Numbered from the stretch's first letter, positions 54,156 through 63,174 are shown. The stretch: DNA of 64,000 nt from Clostridiaceae bacterium (GCA_012840535.1 DULF01000095.1:9069-73068), one strand, 5' to 3'. Program-made: numbers and translations. The notes: generated by a model not told the origin, from the letters alone.

Positions 54156-54413
54156 TTAGCCGGCAGGATGCTTATACTTCATATAGCAGTAATTGGTTTT
54201 TATCCTTTTATATGCCCTTTGGTGCTTGGTTGGCTTATACTTTTGCATGTATTGCCTGCCGTTATAATATATTTCAGTTTCTGTGTATGAAGGTGGAAAA
54301 ATGTTGTTGCAAAAACACTCCCCGCTGTTTATTTCCGCCATCAACTTGTTTAATTCTTCATACACCCGGTTTTTCAGGAATTCCAGCCTTTCCCTGATAG
54401 TGATACCGCTCAT
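54156..54413 (-). CDS. Hypothetical small protein with a Tyr/Lys/Cys-rich C-terminus
   Basis: A GAAGGTG RBS precedes ATG 54413. The C-terminus reads YYNGRQYMQKYKPTKHQRAYKRIKTNYCYMKYKH. I did not recognise a family. Confidence 0.4.
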   Translation of the reverse strand: MSGITIRERLEFLKNRVYEELNKLMAEINSGECFCNNIFPPSYTETEIYYNGRQYMQKYKPTKHQRAYKRIKTNYCYMKYKHPAG

Positions 54414-54488
54414 AAACAACACCTTCTTTGCATAATTTGCTTTTTAAGGTTTTATATAATTATATGAACGGTATCTATACATTGTGCG

Positions 54489-55019
54489 TCACACTTTTTT
54501 ATTGCTCCGCCCCCCGAATAATATAGAAAGACCGATAATTACGAAGATCAAAGGTACCAAAAAACTGCTCATGTCGAAGTTGAAAAGTTCGCTTAGTGTA
54601 AATCTCGTAAAAAATACAAAGGAAAGTCCGGCAAGTATGCCCACAGGAATGAGAAGTCCCCTGTCCCTGGTGCCAAAATAATAAAGTTCAAAAAGGCCTA
54701 CTGCCACGGCCAGGATATATCCAGGCCAAAGGATATGCCATCCTCCGAAAAGCATATTTATCTGGAAAACTATTCCGAGGACTAAAAGTATCCCGCCCGG
54801 TACAAGCAACCCCGGGTTCCTGTTTCTGCCTGAAAAAAATGCACAATGAAAAATTATGCCAGGCAGTATAAGAAAGAGTGAAGGCCATCCACGTCCGATC
54901 AATTGCCATAAACTTCTGATCCCAAAGAGTTTGTTCAGTATTCCCATGTTCTCCATCAAGACTGCGCCGCCTATGATAATAAATACCGTTCCGACCACCA
55001 CATTGCCTTTTTTACCCAT
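54489..55019 (-). CDS. Polytopic membrane protein (LiaF/DUF5668-like TM region)
   Basis: It is 176 aa and almost entirely hydrophobic, with 5-6 predicted TM segments. The N-terminus is MGKKGNVVVGTVFIIIGGAVL. Confidence 0.45.
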   Translation of the reverse strand: MGKKGNVVVGTVFIIIGGAVLMENMGILNKLFGIRSLWQLIGRGWPSLFLILPGIIFHCAFFSGRNRNPGLLVPGGILLVLGIVFQINMLFGGWHILWPGYILAVAVGLFELYYFGTRDRGLLIPVGILAGLSFVFFTRFTLSELFNFDMSSFLVPLIFVIIGLSILFGGRSNKKV

Positions 55020-55137
55020 ACAAATTCCCTCCCGTCACAACTTGGCGCACAATATAAAGGGCAAAAATTTGCCTCCTGTTATATTATAATAATTAAACAG
55101 AAAAAAGTCTGATAATAAGATTTGCATTTTGGAAAGC

Positions 55138-55743
55138 TTACGAATAAAAACCGTGCAAAATGGGTGAAATCTCAGGATTTCGTTCAATTTCCCAGAGGAC
55201 GTACCTGATTCCTATTGAAACAAGGTCTGCCATTTTCATTACAATGCTCAACCTGGTGTTCTGCAGCACAAGAAAATCCATAAATCCTCCAAAGTTCACT
55301 ATACCCGTTACATAAGCATTGCCTACCGGCGCAAGGTTCTTATTAACCCCTGAACCAGGTTTGATAGACCCTTCCCCTATTGTCAGGTACCCGACATGTT
55401 CCATGCGGCCAAGACAAGCATCAATAGCTATGACATATGGTTTTTCAAATTTTTCAAAGACATGTTTCATGATTTCATCAAGGTTTTTAGCATGGACCGG
55501 TGTTTCAAGATTTCCAAAAACATGGACATTCTTGTATTTAATATTTTGAATCTTATATCCGATAAGAGGACCTAAGCTGTCGCCGGTCGACCTGTCGGTA
55601 CCAATGCATACAAATACTATGGACTTATACCCGTTTTTAATGCACTTGTATAATAACGCGTACAAAGCGTCTGTAAAACAGCTTAGCGCTGAAGGGCTGT
55701 TAACATTGATATATTGCTGTTTCAGTTCATTTTTTAGCAACAT
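55138..55743 (-). CDS. yyaC: Spore protease YyaC family (DUF1256)
   Basis: It contains VFVCIGTDRSTGDSLGPLIG and IAIDACLG. A GGGAG RBS favours ATG 55743. Confidence 0.75.
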   Translation of the reverse strand: MLLKNELKQQYINVNSPSALSCFTDALYALLYKCIKNGYKSIVFVCIGTDRSTGDSLGPLIGYKIQNIKYKNVHVFGNLETPVHAKNLDEIMKHVFEKFEKPYVIAIDACLGRMEHVGYLTIGEGSIKPGSGVNKNLAPVGNAYVTGIVNFGGFMDFLVLQNTRLSIVMKMADLVSIGIRYVLWEIERNPEISPILHGFYS

Positions 55744-55961
55744 CCCAATCTCCCGCATCCACGTTAATATTTCTATACCGTTTCGATATATTAGTATTAC
55801 CGGGGATGGTCTTATTATTACAAAATTAAGAAAATTACCCATGTAAACAGTACTTTGCATTGTCTATATTTATTTTGTGCGTTTTTCCGTTCGCATAACT
55901 TTATAAGAATGTTGATGCAGATTGTCGATTTTGTTATGATAAAATTAAACAATTTATTTTC

Positions 55962-57113
55962 ATGGGGAGATACTGTGTCATTATGGCATTCAGTTTTGGT
56001 CCGAATGGTTTTAGAGAAGAAAATTCAGACATAAAGTTTATCCTGGAAATAATAGACGGCATGTATGACTGGGTGAGAGTTCTTGACAAGAACAGCAATA
56101 TCATCTTTCTTAACAAGGCTATGGCTGACGCGCTCAATTGTTATGCACCCGGGAAAAAATGCTATGAACTTTTAGGAAGAGAAGCTCCATGTGAAAACTG
56201 TATATCCCGAAAAGCAGTGTTTAACGGGTATCCTCACGAGAAAGAAGAAATAATAAACGGCAGAATATTTTCAGTAATGAGTTCACCCGTAAGGAACCAA
56301 AACGGTGAAATAATCGCAGTGGTCGAGGTTTTACGTGATGTTACGCAAATGAAACAAATGCAGCAGAAAATCATTGAGCATAACAAAAACCTTCAAAACA
56401 ACCTTGAAATGGCAAAAAAACTCCAGTATAGCCTTCTTCCCGACGAGTTTTTTGACGAAAGGATTAATTTTTCATATTTCTATGAGTCCTGCGAAATGCT
56501 TGGAGGTGATTTTATTGATATATTTGCTATTGACGAAGACCATATTGGAGTTTATATAGCCGATGTATCCGGTCATGGAGTCCCTGCGTCAATGCTGACA
56601 GTTTTCTTGTTCTCGTCAATAAACAGGGAAATACTGTCCCCGGCGTCTGCCCTTGAAGGACTTTATAAAAAATTCAACTGCTCCAGTCTTGGCAACAACA
56701 TGTACATAACTGTATTTTACGCGATAATTAATTTAAAAGACAGGAAAATGACATATTCAAATGCCGGTCATAATGTTTGCCCAATAGTTTTTGGTAATAA
56801 CCGCTTCGAATTGTTAAGGGTTCCGGGCGTCCCAATAAGCAATTGGGTTAACACGCCTTCATACACTGACAGGAGCATAATCCTCAATCCGAAAGACAGG
56901 CTTTTTCTTTATACTGATGGGTTGATAGAATTAAAGAACAGTGAAGGTGAGCAGTTTGGTGAAGAAAGGCTTCTGAATATACTTCTTAATGATACGTCAA
57001 GACCTGATGCTGTCCTTAGTAAAATATATAAAGCGGCAAGTAAATTTGCATCTCCGGAAAAGCCGCTTCAATTGGCTGACGATATAACCATGGCTCTGCT
57101 GGAAATAAAATAA
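55962..57113 (+). CDS. PAS-domain PP2C (SpoIIE/RsbU-type) serine phosphatase
   Basis: The N-terminal PAS-like region carries a 4-Cys cluster. It is followed by a coiled linker and a PP2C core (GGDFIDIF...YIADVSGHGVPASM...LYTDGLIE...DDIT). The start could instead be ATG 55983. Confidence 0.8.
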   Translation: MGRYCVIMAFSFGPNGFREENSDIKFILEIIDGMYDWVRVLDKNSNIIFLNKAMADALNCYAPGKKCYELLGREAPCENCISRKAVFNGYPHEKEEIINGRIFSVMSSPVRNQNGEIIAVVEVLRDVTQMKQMQQKIIEHNKNLQNNLEMAKKLQYSLLPDEFFDERINFSYFYESCEMLGGDFIDIFAIDEDHIGVYIADVSGHGVPASMLTVFLFSSINREILSPASALEGLYKKFNCSSLGNNMYITVFYAIINLKDRKMTYSNAGHNVCPIVFGNNRFELLRVPGVPISNWVNTPSYTDRSIILNPKDRLFLYTDGLIELKNSEGEQFGEERLLNILLNDTSRPDAVLSKIYKAASKFASPEKPLQLADDITMALLEIK

Positions 57114-57130
57114 ATACATTTTCCAGCTAT

Positions 57131-58303
57131 TCATTCATTGGCATCATTTATTAATGCCAGCGCATACAAGGCTGTCAGGTTGTCAAAGGAATAAAACTCA
57201 CAGGTCTTTTCATCTCCAAAACCTCCATAATAAGGGGAGTTAATGTCATCAACCATAAAATCCAGCATTCTGTCAATCAGTTTAAGGCATAGTTCCTCTT
57301 CTCCTACGGTCTTTGAGTATATTGCGGCAAGAGCATATACGGCTGTGCTCTCAAGTTGTTGTACAGGTTCCGATGTATATGGGTCGTACCATGCGTAAAG
57401 CTTTCCCTTTTCCAGCTCTTTTTTAAGCCATTGGGTAAAAAAACCGGTGTTTTCATTTGTTTCAGCCATGTGCAATACAGTATAAAGCGTATAGGTAAGG
57501 CAAACTCCCCTGCCCTCTTTATATTCCTCATCCGGGAAATATTTCCTGTCTTTATATGCATAATATTTATAGAAAAAAGGCGAGGCATTCGAAATCTTAC
57601 CGTTTTTAATAATTGAAATTCCCTTATCACAGATATTTCGCCAGCTTTTATTAAAAAAAGCCAGCCTGTTTATCGTGTAAAGGTCAATATAGCATAAAGG
57701 TATTGACTCTTTTCCCATATTTAGCTTAAAGTCGTACAACTCATAAATATCATATCCCCTGACCTGCTTTTTATAGATACCTTCCTGAATAAAACAGGCA
57801 ATATTAAGATACCTGCTGTCCCGCCATCTATCGTATGCATCCAGTAATGCTCCAATTATTCTTAAATCATCTATTAGGGCGTTGCACCATATGTCCTCAC
57901 CTGTCCTCCACCTGACATAGCGTCCGTCAAAAAGCAGTTCTTCCTCTAAAAAACGCAATTCCTTGTCAAACAGTTCTTTATCACTTTTTAGAACACAGTA
58001 CTCCATAAGCAAGCCTATTGATTCGGAAAGGGTATTCTCTCCGCTTCCGTCTGTCTTCAAGTTGGTCAATATTTGTCCGTTGTCCCACAACATGTTTGAT
58101 TTTAAAAAATTAAAGACTAAGGCTTCTTTTTCCCTGTAATTAATTTCACATCCGGAGTTCAGACCCTTAAATGCGTACTGTTGAGGAGGAGTTTTGACTG
58201 TGTTTTCTGCAATGTGAATTTCTGCCAAAAGCAGGCAGAAGGCTGAATAAAGACAGGCAAAAACTAAAAAAATTATGATACCGTTGTATTTTTTCACGAA
58301 CAA
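57131..58303 (-). CDS. Glycoside-hydrolase family 8-like (alpha/alpha)6-barrel protein with an N-terminal membrane anchor
   Basis: It contains SESIGLLMEY (compare the GH8 motif SEGxxYxM). DDLRIIGALLDAYDRW fits most of the GH8 signature D-x2-[IM]-x2-[SA]-[LIVM]2-x-A-x3-[FW]. Confidence 0.55.
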   Translation of the reverse strand: MFVKKYNGIIIFLVFACLYSAFCLLLAEIHIAENTVKTPPQQYAFKGLNSGCEINYREKEALVFNFLKSNMLWDNGQILTNLKTDGSGENTLSESIGLLMEYCVLKSDKELFDKELRFLEEELLFDGRYVRWRTGEDIWCNALIDDLRIIGALLDAYDRWRDSRYLNIACFIQEGIYKKQVRGYDIYELYDFKLNMGKESIPLCYIDLYTINRLAFFNKSWRNICDKGISIIKNGKISNASPFFYKYYAYKDRKYFPDEEYKEGRGVCLTYTLYTVLHMAETNENTGFFTQWLKKELEKGKLYAWYDPYTSEPVQQLESTAVYALAAIYSKTVGEEELCLKLIDRMLDFMVDDINSPYYGGFGDEKTCEFYSFDNLTALYALALINDANE

Positions 58304-58334
58304 TCCCCCACTATAAATGTATGCAGAGGACAGT

Positions 58335-59003
58335 TCAGGAATTACACAACCCCCTCTTTAGCATCTCCATATATTCCCTGCTCTCTTCCATAATTCTGTC
58401 CATGGATTGAAGCACTTCTTCCGCTTTCATGTTTTTAAAAATTTTCAGGTATTTATTGCCCAGCCCGTCCAGTACCAAGGCAATCAGTTCTAATGCTTTT
58501 TGAATATCAATATCCTTACGGAATTTAGAAGTATCAATCCCTCTGTAAAACCCTCCTAAACTCTCTGCAAATATTTTTTCATACCTTTCCTGAATATCTT
58601 TTCTTACTTCTTCAGAAGGATTTATAAAAGCATTAAAAAGCATTTCATACATCAGCGGCTCATTATAAGCTAATTTCAGCTTGGCAATTCCGTATTGAAT
58701 AAACCTTTCGAAAACATCCGCAGGCAGATTATCAAGTGTTTTTTCAAGTTTATCCGCCATATATTCCATAACGTAATCAATAAGGTACAAAAACAAATTT
58801 CTCTTGTTTCCAAAATAGTGAAAAAGGATGCCTTTTGAAATTCCTGCCTTTCTGGTGATTTCGTTGGTGGAAGCTTTGTCATATCCTTTTTTTGCAAACT
58901 CTTCTATACATATATCAATAATTTTCTTCCTTTTTTCCTCAGGCAAGTTTTTAAAGCTTTTATTCAAAGACAAATTTTCCTCCTTCTTAATGTGCTCTCT
59001 CAC
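58335..59003 (-). CDS. TetR/AcrR-family transcriptional regulator
   Basis: It has the HTH ASTNEITRKAGISKGILFHYF. The ORF track starts at GTG 59003, but an AAGGAGG RBS at 58985-58979 makes TTG 58973 the more likely start. Confidence 0.85.
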   Translation of the reverse strand: MREHIKKEENLSLNKSFKNLPEEKRKKIIDICIEEFAKKGYDKASTNEITRKAGISKGILFHYFGNKRNLFLYLIDYVMEYMADKLEKTLDNLPADVFERFIQYGIAKLKLAYNEPLMYEMLFNAFINPSEEVRKDIQERYEKIFAESLGGFYRGIDTSKFRKDIDIQKALELIALVLDGLGNKYLKIFKNMKAEEVLQSMDRIMEESREYMEMLKRGLCNS

Positions 59004-59024
59004 TTACATACTCCGTTCCCGATC

Positions 59025-59157
59025 ACTTACCTCGTACCTCTTACCTCATACCCCTTACCTCTTACCCCGTACCTATTACCTCTTACCTACTACCTATTAC
59101 CCCGTATCTATTACCTCTTACCTCATACCCCTTACCTCGTACCTCTTACCTCATACC
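59025..59157 (-). repeat. Tandem array of 19 strictly phased heptamers (GGTANNN on the transcribed minus strand)
   Basis: I parsed it by hand with no indels. The plus-strand units are ACTTACC TCGTACC TCTTACC TCATACC CCTTACC TCTTACC CCGTACC TATTACC TCTTACC TACTACC TATTACC CCGTATC TATTACC TCTTACC TCATACC CCTTACC TCGTACC TCTTACC TCATACC. The array fills the permease-tetR spacer. Confidence 0.9.
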
Positions 59158-59161
59158 CATG

Positions 59162-59959
59162 TTATACACATATATCCTTCCTGTTATAAAACACATAAGT
59201 CAAAGCAACCGATACAAGCGTTACAGCAGCCATTATTATTATATATACGCCTTCAATCCTGCCGCTGCTTACAATATCAGAGGGATTGATATATTTAAAA
59301 GGCGTAAGATACTTTAAATTCTCCAGCTTGTCTGATATAGCTGCTGTAATATTTATGAAAAATGCTCCCAGGACAATCCCAAAAGCAACAGGGTATATGG
59401 ATTTTGCTTTGACAATAAACACCGAAACCAATAAGCCAATAGCGGCAAATGTAATCATTATCAGAAAAAAACCCAGATGCATTAAAAGAAAAATATTAAT
59501 ATCGTAACCACTTTTTTTGAGAGCCTCAAACGCAAGATAATCTGCAACAGTGAAAACTACATTGAACACAGTAATATAAAAGAACACGCATAATGTTTTT
59601 GCAGTTACAATTGTATTTCTTGTTACAGGTTTTGCCATTAAAAACTCAACTGTTTTTTCACTTTCTTCTTTGGATATTATGCTAGTTGCGAGAAGAATTG
59701 CATATACACAGCCAAATAAGATTATATACAGAAAAACATATGCGAAGAAGTCCAGTATTTGCGCAAAATTAAGCTTATCCATGCTCAGTCCTTTAAGCAT
59801 TTCTTTCGGGAGCTTTTTCATAAGCTCGTTATATTCTCCTGCCTGCTCGGCTATCATAGGATACATCATCATTAACCCTATATTTGATATTATCAGTATT
59901 AATGTCCAAATTATAAATGACTTAAAATTTCTTGAAAGTTCTCTAAGGAATAATGCCAT
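59162..59959 (-). CDS. ABC-2-type transporter permease
   Basis: It is 265 aa with six predicted TM segments, directly downstream of the ABC ATPase. Confidence 0.75.
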   Translation of the reverse strand: MALFLRELSRNFKSFIIWTLILIISNIGLMMMYPMIAEQAGEYNELMKKLPKEMLKGLSMDKLNFAQILDFFAYVFLYIILFGCVYAILLATSIISKEESEKTVEFLMAKPVTRNTIVTAKTLCVFFYITVFNVVFTVADYLAFEALKKSGYDINIFLLMHLGFFLIMITFAAIGLLVSVFIVKAKSIYPVAFGIVLGAFFINITAAISDKLENLKYLTPFKYINPSDIVSSGRIEGVYIIIMAAVTLVSVALTYVFYNRKDICV

Positions 59960-59976
59960 ATCTTTTTACCCCCTGC

Positions 59977-60858
59977 TTAATTTCTGTCTTCCGACCGGTA
60001 ATAATGCATAAATACTTCTTCCAATGAAGGTTCTTCTATCCACAAGTTTTCAACCTTTACACCTGCAAGACTTTTTATAAGGATGTCAACTTTACCGCTA
60101 AACAGAAACTCCATTGTTTTATCCTTTGTTTGCACATTCACCATACCCGGTAATTCAAAGGTTTCATCATTTGCAAATTCAATTTTTATCTTTTTGAACT
60201 TGTCTCCGGCAAGTTCATCAACTTCTCCAATCCTCAATATCTTACCTTCCTTGATAATTGCCACCCTGTCACACAGCTTTTGTACTTCGCTTAAGACATG
60301 AGAAGAAAAGAATATGGTTACACCTCTTTTATTTTCTTCCCTTAGCACCTCAAAGAACTTATTCTGCATCAGTGGGTCCAGTCCGCCGGTAGGCTCATCA
60401 AGAAGCAGCAGCCTGGGTTCATGCAGAAGAGACTGAATTATTGCAACCTTTTTCTTATTTCCAAATGAAAGTGAATCAATTCTCTTATTTAAATCCAGCT
60501 CAAAAATATCACTGAGTTCCTTTATTCTTTTACTGCAATCCTTTCTGTAAAACTTGGCGGAATACCTCAGCAAATCCTTTACTTTCATGTCATCATAATA
60601 ATTTACTTCTGCCGGAAGATATCCAATATCCATTTTAATCTTCTCAGAATCCCTAAAACAATCCATTCCGAAAATTTTTGCACTTCCTCCTGAAGGAAAT
60701 ATAAAAGACAGCAAAGTCCTTATGGTAGTCGACTTACCTGCTCCATTCGGGCCAATGAAGCCAAAGATCTCACCTTCTCTTACATCCATGCTTACACCTA
60801 TAATTCCCCTGGACTTTCCGTAATACTTCGTCAGATTTCTTATCTCTATAGCATTCAC
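59977..60858 (-). CDS. ABC transporter ATP-binding protein
   Basis: It has Walker A GPNGAGKST, the signature LSFGNKKKV and Walker B LLLLDEPTGGLD. A GTG start at 60858 follows a GGGAAGGGG RBS. The ORF-track 5' extension covers promoter DNA. Confidence 0.85.
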   Translation of the reverse strand: MNAIEIRNLTKYYGKSRGIIGVSMDVREGEIFGFIGPNGAGKSTTIRTLLSFIFPSGGSAKIFGMDCFRDSEKIKMDIGYLPAEVNYYDDMKVKDLLRYSAKFYRKDCSKRIKELSDIFELDLNKRIDSLSFGNKKKVAIIQSLLHEPRLLLLDEPTGGLDPLMQNKFFEVLREENKRGVTIFFSSHVLSEVQKLCDRVAIIKEGKILRIGEVDELAGDKFKKIKIEFANDETFELPGMVNVQTKDKTMEFLFSGKVDILIKSLAGVKVENLWIEEPSLEEVFMHYYRSEDRN

Positions 60859-60890
60859 ATTACCAGCCCCTTCCCGCCTGTCAATTTCAC

Positions 60891-60945
60891 TGACCATATG
60901 GTCAATTATAAGTTTATTATATAACCAATTGACCATGTAGTCAAT
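60891..60945 (-). promoter_or_regulatory. Promoter with two palindromic operators for the ABC-ABC2-tetR operon
   Basis: On the minus strand: -35 TTGACT (60944-60939), a 17-nt spacer, -10 TATAAT (60921-60916). The palindrome ATTGACCATGTAGTCAAT (60928-60945) overlaps the -35. The perfect palindrome TGACCATATGGTCA (60891-60904) lies just downstream of the -10. Confidence 0.6.
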
Positions 60946-60954
60946 GTAGAGTTC

Positions 60955-61014
60955 AATAAAAAATAAGCAGGCGATAAATCTATTGCCTCCTTGGATAATA
61001 GATGTATCGCCTGC
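60955..61014 (-). terminator. Rho-independent terminator downstream of rnfB
   Basis: GCAGGCGATA (60967-60976) pairs with TATCGCCTGC (61005-61014). On the minus strand TTATTTTTTATT follows. Confidence 0.65.
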
Positions 61015-61057
61015 TGTAATAGATATATCGTCCGCTGTTTTTCTCACATCCAATTTA

Positions 61058-61882
61058 TCACACCGCAGCCTGGTTTAACTTGCGGCATAAGAATATTTGT
61101 ATAGTTTTTGTCGGACAAACTTTGGCACATTCGCCACAGTTATTGCACAATTCAGGGTTAATCTTAGCCAAATTGTCTTTAAGCTCAATAGCTCCTACAG
61201 GGCAGGCTCTCACGCATCTTCCGCAGCCGATGCAGCCCACATCGCAATTTTTTCTTACTATATTTCCTTTATCAGTACTGCTGCAGCAAACCGTATATTC
61301 AAGGCTTGCCGGTACCATCTCAATAATCTTTTTAGGGCAGGCAGCTACACATTTTCCGCAGCCTGTGCATTTTGAATCGATTACCCTTGCAAGCCCGTTT
61401 TCTATTACTATTGCGTCAAAAGGACATGCCCTGGCGCAATTTCCAAGTCCCACGCAGCCATAATTACAGGCCTGAGGTCCGCCAAACAGGTTTGCTGCTG
61501 CAAGGCAATCCTGTACTCCCTCATAATCAAATTTTTTCCTGCAAGTATCATTTGTGCCTCCGCATAATACTCTCGCAACTTTTTCTTCTACATCGGAAGT
61601 TTCAACGCCCATGATCTCCGCAATTTTACCCGCAACATCAGCGCCGCCCACAGGGCAACCATTTACCGGGCTGTTTCCTGCGACAACGGCTTCAGCAAAA
61701 GCATCACAGCCTGTTTGGCCGCATGCGGCACAATTGGCGCCGGGAAGGATTTCCCTTACTTTGCTGACCCTTTCATCTACGGCTACTTCAAATTTTTTGG
61801 ATGCATAGGACAACCCAAGCCCAAAAATCAGCCCCATTACTCCGACAACAACTACCGGTATCCATATAGTATCAAGCATCAA
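61058..61882 (-). CDS. rnfB: Rnf electron-transport complex subunit B (polyferredoxin)
   Basis: It has an N-terminal TM segment, CAACGQTGCDAFAEA, and several CxxCxxCxxxCP ferredoxin motifs. Confidence 0.9.
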   Translation of the reverse strand: MMLDTIWIPVVVVGVMGLIFGLGLSYASKKFEVAVDERVSKVREILPGANCAACGQTGCDAFAEAVVAGNSPVNGCPVGGADVAGKIAEIMGVETSDVEEKVARVLCGGTNDTCRKKFDYEGVQDCLAAANLFGGPQACNYGCVGLGNCARACPFDAIVIENGLARVIDSKCTGCGKCVAACPKKIIEMVPASLEYTVCCSSTDKGNIVRKNCDVGCIGCGRCVRACPVGAIELKDNLAKINPELCNNCGECAKVCPTKTIQIFLCRKLNQAAV

Positions 61883-61933
61883 CTATCACCATCCTTAAAA
61901 ATGTGTGGATATACCACCCACTAAACCATCACA

Positions 61934-62512
61934 TCACTGAAACAACCCCTGGAATCCAAAAAACGCTACGGATACCAGTGAAGCGGCAATCAGTGTTATC
62001 GGTAATCCCTTCAATGATTCAGGAATATCCGACATTTCTATCCTCTCACGCACACCTGCAAACAATATCAGTGCAAGAGTAAAACCTAATCCTGCACCAA
62101 AGCTGAACAATACGGAACTTAAGAAGTTGTATTGCCTTTCAACATTCAACAGCGCTACGCCAAGTACAGCACAGTTGGTGGTTATTAACGGCAGATATAT
62201 GCCAAGTGCCTTATAAAGCGAAGGTACAAGCTTCTTCAGTACAGTTTCCACAAGCTGAACCAGTGCTGCAATAACGAGAATAAAAACTATTATTTGCAAA
62301 TACTCAAGTCCAAAAGGTGCAAGGAGGTATTCATAAACCAGCCATGTAAAAGCTGAAGCTAAAGTCATAACAAATATGACGGCACCGCTCATACCTATAG
62401 CAGTGTTAAGCTTTTTGGAAACCCCCAGGAAAGGGCATATTCCTAAAAAGCGGACCAAAACAAAGTTTTCAACAAGTACCGCTCCCATAATAATAACAAT
62501 TATTTCACGCAT
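61934..62512 (-). CDS. rnfA: Rnf complex subunit A
   Basis: MREIIVIIMGAVLVENFVLVRFLGICPFLGVS is the typical RnfA N-terminus. Its ATG overlaps the rnfE stop (TAATG). Confidence 0.9.
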   Translation of the reverse strand: MREIIVIIMGAVLVENFVLVRFLGICPFLGVSKKLNTAIGMSGAVIFVMTLASAFTWLVYEYLLAPFGLEYLQIIVFILVIAALVQLVETVLKKLVPSLYKALGIYLPLITTNCAVLGVALLNVERQYNFLSSVLFSFGAGLGFTLALILFAGVRERIEMSDIPESLKGLPITLIAASLVSVAFFGFQGLFQ

Positions 62513-63174
62513 TATGCATCCCCCTCCTTGCCGGCGGCATATACTCCGCACTGTACATTACATCCTGCGCAACCTGTTTTCTTTATCTTCACGCTGGTAA
62601 ATTTATTAAGAAGGCCAATAAGTACGCCAAAGGCAAGGAAGCCTCCCGGAGGCAATATCATTATAACGGCGGGATCAAACAGGCTTGCCGTCACATTAAT
62701 TCCAAAAATCGTCCCGTTGCCTATTAATTCCCTTATTGAGCCCATAATAACCAATGCAATTGTAAAACCAATGCCCATTCCCAGTCCATCGATTATTGAA
62801 AGGGGCACTGAATTCTTACACGCAAACATCTCAGCCCTCGCAAGAATTATGCAGTTAACAACTATAAGGGGAATATAAATACCCAGGGCCGCATCAATTG
62901 CGGGCAGGTAAGCCTTTAATAAAAATTGGACTATTGTAACGAAACCCGCGATAATCGTTATAAATGCAGGGATTCTTACCTTATCAGGAATAATTTTTCT
63001 GATTGCTGCAATAACAGCATTTGACCCAATAAGCACTGCTGTAGTGGCTAATCCCATGCCTACACCGTTTATAGCAGCCGTAGTTACGGCAAGTGTCGGA
63101 CAGGTTCCAAGTACAAGCCTAAGGGTAGGATTCTCTTTAACCAGCCCGTTTGTAAAAGTCTTTAATGCCTTCAT
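62512..63174 (-). CDS. rnfE: Rnf complex subunit E
   Basis: It contains NPTLRLVLGTCPTLAVTT and GIYIPLIVVNCIILARAE. Confidence 0.9.
   Translation of the reverse strand: MKALKTFTNGLVKENPTLRLVLGTCPTLAVTTAAINGVGMGLATTAVLIGSNAVIAAIRKIIPDKVRIPAFITIIAGFVTIVQFLLKAYLPAIDAALGIYIPLIVVNCIILARAEMFACKNSVPLSIIDGLGMGIGFTIALVIMGSIRELIGNGTIFGINVTASLFDPAVIMILPPGGFLAFGVLIGLLNKFTSVKIKKTGCAGCNVQCGVYAAGKEGDA

Noticed and set aside
59025-59157. The heptamer array interpreted as a CRISPR array, or as eukaryote-like splice donors (GAGGTAAGT resembles the 5' splice-site consensus).
   Set aside because: The units are 7 nt with no unique spacers, and no cas genes are present, so this is not CRISPR. The splice-site resemblance has no plausible meaning in a bacterial operon.
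58828-59289. Plus-strand ORFs (58828-59289 and 58992-59189) encoding peptides with 7-residue periodicity such as YLLPLTS.
   Set aside because: They are translation artefacts of the 7-nt tandem repeat, which cycles through all three frames every 21 nt. They overlap the tetR start and the permease end on the opposite strand.
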